Below are positions 50,201-58,380 of a DNA stretch of 64,000 bases, in pieces. The notes below the pieces were generated by a model. That model had not been told where the DNA came from. It was given only the letters and a program-made list of their open reading frames with translations, and searched no databases. The DNA lies in NCBI GenBank assembly GCA_944391685.1, contig CALXUM010000008.1:13273-77272 (forward strand), in the 5' to 3' direction. This DNA comes from an uncultured Alphaproteobacteria bacterium. GTDB taxonomy: Bacteria; Pseudomonadota; Alphaproteobacteria; RF32; CAG-239. Position numbers and translations under genes: made by a program. Each line of letters starts with the position of its first letter. Within the stretch, counting starts at the first letter, position 1.

Positions 50201-50371
50201 TTTTAAAAATGCTAATAAATCATCTTTCAAAATAACATTTGAAAGAGAACCTCTTTGCTTTTCAGCATCTTCGGGAGCAATATAATCCCATCCGAGTTTT
50301 GTCAGTAACTCAATTGCAGGATCTTGGCTCTCTGGTCTTTCGTTATATTGATAATGATTTAATGTTGTCAT
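47249..50371 (-). CDS. hsdR: Type I restriction enzyme R subunit
   Basis: Features: N-terminal nuclease region (RPDIVLTVNGIPLVVIECK); HTQGSGKSLT; LIDECHRTQSG; helicase C domain. Confidence 0.9.
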   Translation of the reverse strand: MTTLNHYQYNERPESQDPAIELLTKLGWDYIAPEDAEKQRGSLSNVILKDDLLAFLKKQRYDYRNEKFQFSSSNIAKAISDIDVPLQSGLMKTSKEIYDLLLYGKSYEEDLYDGGKSSFDLKFIDWEHPEENILRVTDEFSVQKLDHSKRRPDIVLTVNGIPLVVIECKKSAVSVDEGIKQNIKNWKVDEIPQLFKFSQIVIAMNPHTFKYGTCGTKAEFFVPWKEKDSEWLKTELERLVVGRTPKEQDKSIISMLSVQRFFEIVRYFILYDNNIKKITRYQQYFGIQKAVKRILNEDNKNTRNGVIWHTQGSGKSLTMVMLVKKIMALSENPASGIKNPRFILVNDRINLDKQLRDNFNNTQMHPTRATTGKGLITLLEDEGETLITAVINKFEKAAKQKTQVDSKNIFILIDECHRTQSGNFHNFMLDVLPNAVKIGFTGTPLLKAEKLNTFERIGPLIDSYTIDQAEEDKVIVPLVYEGRKIPQKTTSDAINQYLEQSLIGLDKEQQEDLKRKYSKFSKIASTTPRLTCLAYAIKEHFQRFVQPKGFKAMVAESSRVNAINLYYLLKELGLKAAVVISPENKEEGEENLLSDDKEKIAQFFKKEIEPLFGQNYEAYEDWAKNSFNNGEDVDILVVKDKLLTGFDAPIAQALYVDKPMKTHNLLQAIARVNRVYPAKKNGKIVDFYGIFANLNTALDLYTDKTSGMDGFDAEDIQKTIFGPEDVKKDLYARYEQVMKFFDGHNTDDAEEVQLLFKDKDIREDFSNKLLDFSNSLDTAISNYEIYKGIGLDEIKKMQKDFVYLQKLRSAVRLRFGETVDFSKYEPTIRNLLNQFVAADADQIVINPIYLSDKESMQKELDKLPSDRAKAEAMATAMYSSISEKQYSDPIFYKTFKERIDETIDEYNKNRDEEAYLAQMKNLESDYEKGFIGNKYPSNITDDDDAKGFYGNLKLEISKKITINENDAIDLQMGELATKVKSIIRSARKPGWKHNNVLINQLKQQIEDEIFEFLDANDIELSMDQMDRIEDDILTTAKSNL

Positions 50372-51321
50372 TTCATTTCTCTTTCTTCAAATGGTATTAA
50401 TTCATGTATATCATAAACATAATCAATCTGTTCCCCATTCTTAAATGGATAAGAAACGCCTAATTTTCCTTGATAGCTCTTTCTCCCTTCAAAAATAGGA
50501 ATATAAAAATCTTTACTATTTTCAACTTTATAATCTAATGCACTACGTGCTAAATTTGAGCAAACATCATTTTCATTATATAAAGACATAGGAGAATACC
50601 GCACTGCAAAAAGAATCAAATTTGCTGCAATTGCATTTATACAATTCTCTAGTGTTGCTAAAGGAAAATTTTTTTCTCTATCATGTTTTAATTTATTATA
50701 TGCTTCATACCAAGACAATGATTTCGCAGGTTTATCAGCATTCCAATTCTCAAATGGACTACATTTATAAGGATTAGCATATCCTACTAAAGAAATCTTA
50801 TATTTTGTTAAATCAACATATTTAAGTATTTCAATATAATCTTTCATTCGCTCATTTTTACCAAACTGGTATTTTTTAAGAGTGCTTTCTAAATCTGAGC
50901 AGGATAGAAACAGCAATTCTCTAATTTTATGGCTATAAGCTTGCAAGCCACTTTCTGAAGGCTCTACAAACAATAAAATCTCTTGTAGTTTCTGTATTAA
51001 AATTCCCAAATCTCTTTTTGCATGAAATAATTCAACTTGTTTAATATTAAGTTCTCTTTCTATATGGATATTCATCAAAGGTTTCCAAACATGTTTATAT
51101 TTCCAACCGATATCCATATCTTCTACTTTAGTTAGTGAATATTGAAATGCATTTTGAATCACTTTTTCAATATTATATTCTTTATCACAAATAAGAATAC
51201 TGCATATTTGTGGTGCATAATCAACAGCTGCTATTTGCAAAAAAACGTTTTGTTTCTTTGCATTTTCATATGCAATCACTCCAAAATCTTTATCTCGTGC
51301 AAAATAGACATCTGTTTTCAT
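50368..51321 (-). CDS. hypothetical protein embedded between hsdS and hsdR
   Basis: 317 aa. The stop overlaps the hsdR start by 4 nt, and the start lies 2 nt after the hsdS stop. No family recognised; the segment SWYEAYNKLKHDREKNF is noted. Confidence 0.5.
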   Translation of the reverse strand: MKTDVYFARDKDFGVIAYENAKKQNVFLQIAAVDYAPQICSILICDKEYNIEKVIQNAFQYSLTKVEDMDIGWKYKHVWKPLMNIHIERELNIKQVELFHAKRDLGILIQKLQEILLFVEPSESGLQAYSHKIRELLFLSCSDLESTLKKYQFGKNERMKDYIEILKYVDLTKYKISLVGYANPYKCSPFENWNADKPAKSLSWYEAYNKLKHDREKNFPLATLENCINAIAANLILFAVRYSPMSLYNENDVCSNLARSALDYKVENSKDFYIPIFEGRKSYQGKLGVSYPFKNGEQIDYVYDIHELIPFEEREMK

Positions 51322-51323
51322 TA

Positions 51324-52562
51324 TTAATTCACTTTCACTCTGATTTTGCCGGTAAGGAGTTGTTGCATCAGAGCTTTTTTCTCTTGTTTGAAAGCCTCAA
51401 GCTTTTTGTTTAAGAGCTCAATTTCTTCATCAGCTTTAGATAAAATCTCCGCAATAGCCTTTTGCTCTGCAAGGTCTGAAGGGATATATATATAAGATTT
51501 TAAAAATTCTGTTTTTGACAGATTAAATCTCGTAGCTCCTTGAGCTAACATATACATTGTTTTTCTTATTTGTTCTGAACGACACAAATATGCTGCATAA
51601 AAAGGAAGTAAAATTGAAAAATCATGTAGTCTAAAACCAAAACCAAAACTATTCAGATATGTTTCTTCTTTGGGCTCTTCTAACAATACAGATGATATTC
51701 CAACTTCATCGGGAGTTTCCGATGATGTCGTAAAAAATATATCACCATATTTAACTGTATTCTGATTTTCTCCATCCTTAATTGCAACTAGCTCAAACTG
51801 ATTAGTGTCGATAACAAAATTTTGGTAAATATTTAAATAAGGTATGTATGGTTTTCCATAACCAAAAGATTCTTTATCTTTACCACTTAATCCCGTGTAT
51901 GTTGTGCCAATATTCCCCAATTTGACTTCATGCCAAGGAGTGGAGAAGCCTTTGAGGCGGTGTTTGCCGGTGAGGAGTTGTTGCATTAAGGCTTTTTTCT
52001 GAATTTTCTTTTTTTCAATCAAAGCCGACAATTTTTCAATTCCATCATCCCAACAGCTCAAAATCCCCGCAATCTTCTCTTGCTCTGGCAAAGGTGGAAG
52101 TAGAAAGTTCAAATTAGATACATCCTTTTTTGATATTTCCAAGAAGGTACTACCACATGCTTTTCTTATAAATTGAAATTTATTATTTGCTATTAAGTAA
52201 TATAAATAGATGATATTACTCCCTTCATATAAAATAATATTTTTAAAACCTTGATTCGTGGACATGGGAACTGCATTTATACAGCAATCACCTACCGTAG
52301 CTCTAGTACAAATAATTAATGAATTTTTGGGTAGCAACTTAGCTGAACTGTTTTTCAATCCTTCTTTAGTTATGGTGCGTTCAGTTTGATAAACATATTT
52401 TGTTGGTAATTTAGTTACCTCTGAAGGTGTTAACCAATAAATATCGCCATCCCAAAAAGTAGAATTTTCTGTATCTGGAGTTCCTCCTGATACTATATCT
52501 CCTAATTCTCCTAGCTTTTTAACACTCCACCCCTCAGGTATCTTCTGCTCAATCTTTGTCAT
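51324..52562 (-). CDS. hsdS: Type I restriction enzyme S subunit (two TRDs)
   Basis: Duplicated conserved spacer KKALMQQLLTGKHRLKGF / KKALMQQLLTGKIRVKVN. N-terminal WSVKKLGELGDIVSGGTP. Confidence 0.9.
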   Translation of the reverse strand: MTKIEQKIPEGWSVKKLGELGDIVSGGTPDTENSTFWDGDIYWLTPSEVTKLPTKYVYQTERTITKEGLKNSSAKLLPKNSLIICTRATVGDCCINAVPMSTNQGFKNIILYEGSNIIYLYYLIANNKFQFIRKACGSTFLEISKKDVSNLNFLLPPLPEQEKIAGILSCWDDGIEKLSALIEKKKIQKKALMQQLLTGKHRLKGFSTPWHEVKLGNIGTTYTGLSGKDKESFGYGKPYIPYLNIYQNFVIDTNQFELVAIKDGENQNTVKYGDIFFTTSSETPDEVGISSVLLEEPKEETYLNSFGFGFRLHDFSILLPFYAAYLCRSEQIRKTMYMLAQGATRFNLSKTEFLKSYIYIPSDLAEQKAIAEILSKADEEIELLNKKLEAFKQEKKALMQQLLTGKIRVKVN

Positions 52563-53283
52563 TAAATAAATTCCTTGGTTTATTATCTATTAAGTCAATA
52601 ATTTCATATTTTGCTACTGATTTATCTGGATTATAATAGACATTAATATCTACTACATAACTTTGTTTAAACGGTTCAGATGTCTCTGAAAAATTAAATA
52701 ATTGTTTCACATCTAGCGATTTAAAAGAAACTTTTTTAACATTTTCATCCAAAGATTTTATGATACCACTGCAATTATTATTTTTTAGCGTATCAATCTT
52801 AGAAAATACTAAGACTTGGCTTTCAAACTTTTCTACAAGAGGTTCAATATTTTTAGTGTCATCCTCTTTAAAATCCGTATTTAAAGTAATTGCTCCTAGA
52901 GTTGAAGTATCGTAATTCTTTCCATTATAATTGATATTAGTAATGTTAACTTTGGAATTAACCGCCAATATCGGTTGAACCTGCCTAATTTCGTATTCGT
53001 TTATAGGAATATTGTTACTTATTTTTTCAAAAACTCCATCTAGCGGTTCTAAAACAGAAGCAATCGTAATCAGAGCATTTCCTAATTTTCGAAATTTTGG
53101 TATGAAAGATCCTGTCCTTGCTTCATAAATTTCAAGTTCCACTCCATGAGCTAGAAAAAAGTTTTCTAATCGACTTAAGTATGCCGATAAATCTTTCAAA
53201 TCTAAAGGATTTTCTTTATCAAATGGTATTCTAATTTCAAAAAAATCATCTTTATCTATTTTATTTTCTACTGAATTTGTCAT
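52549..53283 (-). CDS. hypothetical protein embedded between hsdM and hsdS
   Basis: 244 aa. Overlaps the hsdS start by 14 nt and the upstream ORF by 4 nt. No motif recognised. Confidence 0.5.
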   Translation of the reverse strand: MTNSVENKIDKDDFFEIRIPFDKENPLDLKDLSAYLSRLENFFLAHGVELEIYEARTGSFIPKFRKLGNALITIASVLEPLDGVFEKISNNIPINEYEIRQVQPILAVNSKVNITNINYNGKNYDTSTLGAITLNTDFKEDDTKNIEPLVEKFESQVLVFSKIDTLKNNNCSGIIKSLDENVKKVSFKSLDVKQLFNFSETSEPFKQSYVVDINVYYNPDKSVAKYEIIDLIDNKPRNLFNDKD

Positions 53284-53807
53284 AAAGAATCCTTTTCTTC
53301 TCCATCTATTACAAATTTAAATGAAGGGTTGTCTTTACCTAATAAAACCCATACTCCTATAAGATATTTATAATCTCCATTTGGGTCGGTTAAATCTTTC
53401 AATTTTTTGATATCTTTGCTCGATTTATTATTCCACCATCCTTTAAATTCTATGGCAATTTTGTTTTCCTCATTGCTCCACATTCTATGTAAAATAATAT
53501 CGGGACGTACTCCTTTAGAAAAATTTGGCGTAGCTTTTACAGAATCGCAATTTTTGTTATATTCAGAATTCAAATCTAAATCTGCATATTCTGACGCTGA
53601 AACTTCTTGAAACAACTGAGCGTATATTAACGCGGCAACACACTGTTCAAGTCCTTTTATTTTAATAACTTTAGGATAATTGCTATAAATTTTGTTTACT
53701 GATGTCTTTAGTAAATTAAACAGTCCTTTTCTTTCTTTTGCTATATCTACTGAAGACATCTCACAATTTTTCATTTTTTCCTCCTTCTTGTCCTTTAAAA
53801 ATCTCAT
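53280..53807 (-). CDS. PD-(D/E)xK nuclease-like hypothetical protein
   Basis: GVRPDIILH...KIAIEFKGWW fits the PD...ExK signature. The start codon is uncertain, with internal Mets nearby. Confidence 0.5.
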   Translation of the reverse strand: MRFLKDKKEEKMKNCEMSSVDIAKERKGLFNLLKTSVNKIYSNYPKVIKIKGLEQCVAALIYAQLFQEVSASEYADLDLNSEYNKNCDSVKATPNFSKGVRPDIILHRMWSNEENKIAIEFKGWWNNKSSKDIKKLKDLTDPNGDYKYLIGVWVLLGKDNPSFKFVIDGEEKDSL

Positions 53808-53849
53808 CGGATTTTTTCACCAATATATCCCATACTTGTTGGGGAATAA

Positions 53850-54329
53850 TCATTGTTTGCCCCCGTCACTTTGTAAAATCCCTTTATTTTCTAGTTTACA
53901 CAAAAAACTTAAGACTTTTTCCTTCGTCACTAAATCATCACGATAAGGCACCTTAGTATTATAAGCAACATATTGGTAAAAGTATGAATCTTCTTTAAAA
54001 TCAATGCTTCGCGCATTGTGTTCTTCAAAAATTCGATTATATAAAAATCTCTTTTCTTGTACTGTGCAGTTTTTCAATCTGTTGAGCAATATTTTCTCGT
54101 AAACTAGAGAAAATACAAACCGTAAGATTGCACCACCTAATATAGTCCAACAAACAATTGCTAAAACTAAGGCTACAAAAAATAAGAAATCAAAAGATAA
54201 CTCAAAACTCCATAATTTTACGTAACCAAACGTTCTATATTTTCCGACTATACACACCACAGTACAAGTTAAAGCAACAATGATACATTTGTATACGTCA
54301 GTAAATATATCAAAGAAGATTTTAATCAC
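53850..54329 (-). CDS. small two-TM membrane protein (architecture reminiscent of SieB-type exclusion proteins)
   Basis: Hydrophobic helices CIIVALTCTVVCIVG and FLFFVALVLAIVCWTILGGAILRFVF, then a soluble tail with LKNCTVQEKRFLYNRIF. Starts 1 nt after the hsdM stop. Confidence 0.45.
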   Translation of the reverse strand: MIKIFFDIFTDVYKCIIVALTCTVVCIVGKYRTFGYVKLWSFELSFDFLFFVALVLAIVCWTILGGAILRFVFSLVYEKILLNRLKNCTVQEKRFLYNRIFEEHNARSIDFKEDSYFYQYVAYNTKVPYRDDLVTKEKVLSFLCKLENKGILQSDGGKQ

Positions 54330-54330
54330 T

Positions 54331-55884
54331 CTACACTCCTAATTCTTTCAGATATGCAGACATTTTGTCCTGAACGGCACTAAGTTGTAATTCCAAATCG
54401 GCAATTTCAGCTTTAACAGCTGCCAAATCAATTTCTTCTTCCTCTTCAAAGGTATCTACATAACGCGGGATATTAAGGTTAAAGTCGTTTTCTTTAATCT
54501 CGTCCAAGCTGGCTAAATGCGAGAATTTCGCTACTTCTTGCCGATTATCATAGACTTCTCTTATTTTTTGAATGCTTTGTGGCGTCAGTACATTTTGAGC
54601 ACTGTCTTTGATATAATTTTCCTTATCTGCAGCATTAATAAACAACACATCTTTATTAGGACGGTTTTTCTTTATTACCATAAGGCAGGCCGGAATAGAA
54701 GTTCCAAAAAATAGGTTTTCTGGTAACCCAATAACAGCATCTAATAAATTTTCTTCTATAACTTTTCTTCTAATTGCTCCTTCTGAGGCACCTCGAAAAA
54801 GCACGCCATGAGGAACAACAGCAACCATTCGTCCATTTGGTTTCAGGCTATGAATCATGTGTAATAAGAATGCCCAATCTCCTTTACTTGCAGGAGGCAC
54901 TCCCCATTCAAAGCGATTATATGGATCTAAAGACGCTTCCATCTGGAACTTTTTATCTTTTTTATTATTACCATCTTCATTTCCGCCTGGATTAAAACCC
55001 TCGGCCCATTTATCTTGAGAAAATGGCATATTTGCAACAACTACATCAAATTGCATCAAATTGCCATCATCATCTAAATGTGCCGGATTAGATAGCGTAT
55101 TACCCCAAGCCAATTTTGCATCCATAATACCATGAATAAACATATTCATTTTACCCATAGACCATGATGAGCCATTCATCTCCTGTCCATAGATTGACAC
55201 ATTTTTTACTCCGGCATATTTTGCAGCTCTAATCAACAAGGAGCTTGAGCCGGAGGTTGGATCATAAATACTATCTCCGGCTTTAGGCTTAGCAATTTGA
55301 GCCATAAGTTCGGAAACCATCATCGGCGTGAAGAATGAACCTGCTTTTTTACCCGCTTGGCTTGCAAACTCGCCAATCATATATTCAAAAGCATCACCCA
55401 ACACATCTGATGGAACTTGTCCCTCTCCTACTTCAATTTGGGAGGGCCTTAAATCAAGGGAGCGAAAATCTTCAAGCAAATTTCTTAAAGTGGTAATTTT
55501 TTGTTTTTGATTACCTAAATTAGACTGACTATTAAAATCAACATTTCTAAAAACACCATTCAGTTGAATGTTGCTGTCTTCAATAGCTCTTAACGCAGCA
55601 TTAATTTTTTGCCCAATTTCAGCATCATATCTGTTATCATACAAATAATCAAAAGTCTGCTCTTGCTTCAACACAAATGGCATGCGGGATTTTGCACGTT
55701 CAAGTCTGATTTCATCTGGATATTTTTTTTGTAATTCAGCCAGATTTTCAGCATATGTATCTGTTAAATATTTTACAAACAGCATAGATAATACATAGTC
55801 TTTATAATTTGCTGCATCTATTTGCCCTCTAAAGGTATTTGCTCCACGCCATAATGCTGCTTTTATGTCTTCTTTAGTGGTCAT
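54331..55884 (-). CDS. hsdM: Type I restriction enzyme M subunit (N6-adenine methyltransferase)
   Basis: HsdM N-terminal domain (LWRGANTFRG). Motif I DPTSGSSSLL. Motif IV VVANMPFS. Confidence 0.92.
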   Translation of the reverse strand: MTTKEDIKAALWRGANTFRGQIDAANYKDYVLSMLFVKYLTDTYAENLAELQKKYPDEIRLERAKSRMPFVLKQEQTFDYLYDNRYDAEIGQKINAALRAIEDSNIQLNGVFRNVDFNSQSNLGNQKQKITTLRNLLEDFRSLDLRPSQIEVGEGQVPSDVLGDAFEYMIGEFASQAGKKAGSFFTPMMVSELMAQIAKPKAGDSIYDPTSGSSSLLIRAAKYAGVKNVSIYGQEMNGSSWSMGKMNMFIHGIMDAKLAWGNTLSNPAHLDDDGNLMQFDVVVANMPFSQDKWAEGFNPGGNEDGNNKKDKKFQMEASLDPYNRFEWGVPPASKGDWAFLLHMIHSLKPNGRMVAVVPHGVLFRGASEGAIRRKVIEENLLDAVIGLPENLFFGTSIPACLMVIKKNRPNKDVLFINAADKENYIKDSAQNVLTPQSIQKIREVYDNRQEVAKFSHLASLDEIKENDFNLNIPRYVDTFEEEEEIDLAAVKAEIADLELQLSAVQDKMSAYLKELGV

Positions 55885-55886
55885 TC

Positions 55887-56519
55887 TTAATTATCTCCCG
55901 TTGTCATTTTTTTCAAAATCTCTTTAAAATACAAATTCTTACAATTTTGTAATTTACTTTCGATTGCTTTTTGTTGTTGCACCAATTTATAAAAATCAAT
56001 TATTTTTTTCTGTGTTTGTATATCTGGTATGTTCAACTCCATATCTGCAAGACTAGAAACACTCAATGTTCTAAGCTGTGAACCTTTGCTTGCCTTTTCT
56101 ATTTGATTACAAAAATATGGTTGTTGCATCAAAACAAATAAATACTCCACAAGAATTTGTTCACTATCAACTCGAATTATTGCAAACTGAGATGGCACAA
56201 TCAAATTTTCCTGCTCTTTTGTCACTAATCCAACTTTAATAGGACTGAATAAACGCATCAAAATATCATTTTTTTGCGTAAAATATTGGAAGGGTATTTT
56301 CTCCGTTACTTCAAAAGTATCGCATTCTGAAATATTCAACATCCCGTCATCACTTATTGCCCTTAATGTAACAGACTTATATATCGCCTTATCTGCCAGT
56401 CCAATATGAGTATACCCTAGTTCTTTTGGCTTCTCACCATACCTCGAAAGAACCAGTCCAACATTAAGTTTAGCAATTTTGCCTAATTTAACTTTTTTCA
56501 AATCAACTTCTCCAAACAA
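55887..56519 (-). CDS. half-size (single-TRD) Type I S-subunit-like protein
   Basis: 210 aa with a TTG start. One TRD followed by the helical spacer QKKIIDFYKLVQQQKAIESKL. Ends 2 nt before the hsdM start. Confidence 0.55.
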   Translation of the reverse strand: MFGEVDLKKVKLGKIAKLNVGLVLSRYGEKPKELGYTHIGLADKAIYKSVTLRAISDDGMLNISECDTFEVTEKIPFQYFTQKNDILMRLFSPIKVGLVTKEQENLIVPSQFAIIRVDSEQILVEYLFVLMQQPYFCNQIEKASKGSQLRTLSVSSLADMELNIPDIQTQKKIIDFYKLVQQQKAIESKLQNCKNLYFKEILKKMTTGDN

Positions 56520-56558
56520 GGAAATAGATGTGGGGCGAATAAATCGCCCCTAATTATG

Positions 56559-56768
56559 TTAACTTTCATGCACAGAATTGCAGCAAAAGAAGCATCCGTC
56601 AGCCTTAGCATAACGCATTTTAGCCACAGCTAAAGCATCAGACGCACTTTCAAATTCGCCTAAATATGCCACATCTTTTGCCATTGCCAACCATCTACAA
56701 CCTTCCACGTGAACTTCATGGTCACCGTTGTATTGCGCTGAATTATTTACAAAATATTTCTTTTTCAT
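56559..56768 (-). CDS. small conserved Cys/His-rich protein
   Basis: NGDHEVHVEGCRWL...GCFFCCNSVH. I recall this pattern from a widespread small-protein family but cannot name it. Confidence 0.5.
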   Translation of the reverse strand: MKKKYFVNNSAQYNGDHEVHVEGCRWLAMAKDVAYLGEFESASDALAVAKMRYAKADGCFFCCNSVHES

Positions 56769-57199
56769 TATTTTTCTCCATGGGCAAAGTTAATAAAATT
56801 CAGCACTTGATTTTTCACATCTCATGGTATAGCATAGAATTGTTAATATATACGCAAGGCCATATTGTGTTCTTGTGCTGATAAGTCCTCAGGATTCGCC
56901 CATAAAAAATTCTGAGGACTTTTTTGTTCTGTGACAATATTTGCATTTAAAATTTTTAAAGTCAAGAGTTTTTTACAATATTGTTTTGTTATTTTTGTTA
57001 ATTTGCATAAAAAATGAAGCAGATATACTTAAAAATGGCAGAAATACGGGTATAAGGTCTTCACCGCAACCCGATATCACTTAAAAAATATATTTGATTT
57101 GCATACCACAATATAAAGTAATTCAAATTTTTACATAGTTAAATATTAACTTCGCGCCTCAACGACACCAAGTTTTAAATTTCTTAAAAGTTCACCTAA

Positions 57200-57709
57200 T
57201 TAATAGCCAATCTCTGCAATTTTATAGGGGCTAAAATCAGTCTTATCAGAAAGAACATTTATTAAAGTTCTTGTGTCTAACGCTATTGCCAACATCTTTC
57301 CCTTGTTTCTGTGAGGAAAATCTTTAGACGTAAACGTATTTTTGGGAATATTGAGTAAATACAACTTTCTTTTCTTTGTATCATTTAAAATAAAGCTCCA
57401 ATCATGCTTAAGAAATTCAACATTAGGATTAGCCCAAAACTCTTCTCTGCTGGCATTTGTACTTGCAAATGTGACGCATAAATGCAGATCATAATTTTTA
57501 TGAGAAAATAAAGCTACAGCCTTTTTCTTAGTCATTTTGTTTTTGTTGGCTATCTTAGTTCCGTCTGATTCTGCTGTTTTAGTAAGTTGTTTCTTTTGTT
57601 TTATATAAGACCTTATTAACTTTTCAATCATTGAGCCAACCTTTTCTTCTGAAACATATCGCTTTAATTCATCCAAAAGATTCGAATCAATTTTAATATT
57701 ATAATCCAT
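57200..57709 (-). CDS. hypothetical protein
   Basis: 169 aa ORF with aaggag before the ATG at 57709. Confidence 0.45.
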   Translation of the reverse strand: MDYNIKIDSNLLDELKRYVSEEKVGSMIEKLIRSYIKQKKQLTKTAESDGTKIANKNKMTKKKAVALFSHKNYDLHLCVTFASTNASREEFWANPNVEFLKHDWSFILNDTKKRKLYLLNIPKNTFTSKDFPHRNKGKMLAIALDTRTLINVLSDKTDFSPYKIAEIGY

Positions 57710-57866
57710 AAAAAAAACTCCTTTTTATTTAGATAGTAGGAAAGCAATCCATTTTACAATGAATAGTATAGTAACTGCTAAATCTTATACATTCAAGCAC
57801 TAAGTTAAACAATCACCACCTTATATATCATTAAGTGTATTCGTCCTGCTTACATAAATATATTTA

Positions 57867-57990
57867 CCATAGGCCTCAGATATGGAGTATGGAAGTAGGG
57901 TACACCGGCACCTTCCCGCCAGGGATACCTCCATGGTAGTTTTTTGATAAGATTCTTTAATACCCACCTATAGCCGGGTAAAAAAGGCCT
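57867..57990. ncRNA. candidate structured RNA or leader (unassigned)
   Basis: A GC-rich patch in an AT-rich spacer. Nested pairs atggag/ctccat and ggaag/cttcc. Palindromic aggcct at both ends. Confidence 0.2.
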
Positions 57991-58089
57991 TACACGTATA
58001 GGTTATTTAAGCATGCTCATTTTCAGTAAAACCATAAATTATAAAAACTTATAGACTTCAACGACATAAGTAAAAAATATAATTTAATG

Positions 58090-58380
58090 TTAATCATCAA
58101 AATATTTTTTATTGGAATAATATAAATTAATATATTCCAAATTTCTATAAAGACCAGGCAGTTCATTTTCTAACCTATAAATTGCCGAATCCCAATTTAA
58201 AAAAATTGCTAATCTAAGAAAACCATCAAATGATATATTGCCTGTTTCTTCAAAACGTCTTAATGTCCCATAAGAAACTCCTGCCCAAAGAGCTAATTTC
58301 TTTCGAGAAATTTTATATCTTGTTCTTTGAGTTTTTAGATTCTGAGAAATTTTCAATTTCTTTTGCGATATACTAATCAA
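58090..58380 (-). CDS. XRE-family helix-turn-helix protein
   Basis: ISRKKLALWAGVSYGTLRRFEETGNISFDGFLRLA. TTG start. Confidence 0.6.
   Translation of the reverse strand: MISISQKKLKISQNLKTQRTRYKISRKKLALWAGVSYGTLRRFEETGNISFDGFLRLAIFLNWDSAIYRLENELPGLYRNLEYINLYYSNKKYFDD

Noticed and set aside
51324-56519. Phase-variable hsdS shufflon between half-hsdS and full hsdS
   Set aside because: Both S genes are on the same strand. I saw no inverted hsdS repeats, and there is no invertase gene in or beside the locus.
56666-56881. 71-aa plus-strand ORF ending at the orphan terminator
   Set aside because: It is antisense to the conserved small Cys/His protein, with no RBS and an implausible sequence. Any plus-strand transcript here is more likely non-coding.
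57900-57940. Resemblance of aggtgccggtgtaccc (minus strand) to guanidine-III (ykkC-III) riboswitch
   Set aside because: Only a partial string similarity. The pseudoknot partners are not evident, and the downstream gene is not an efflux or carboxylase-type guanidine gene.
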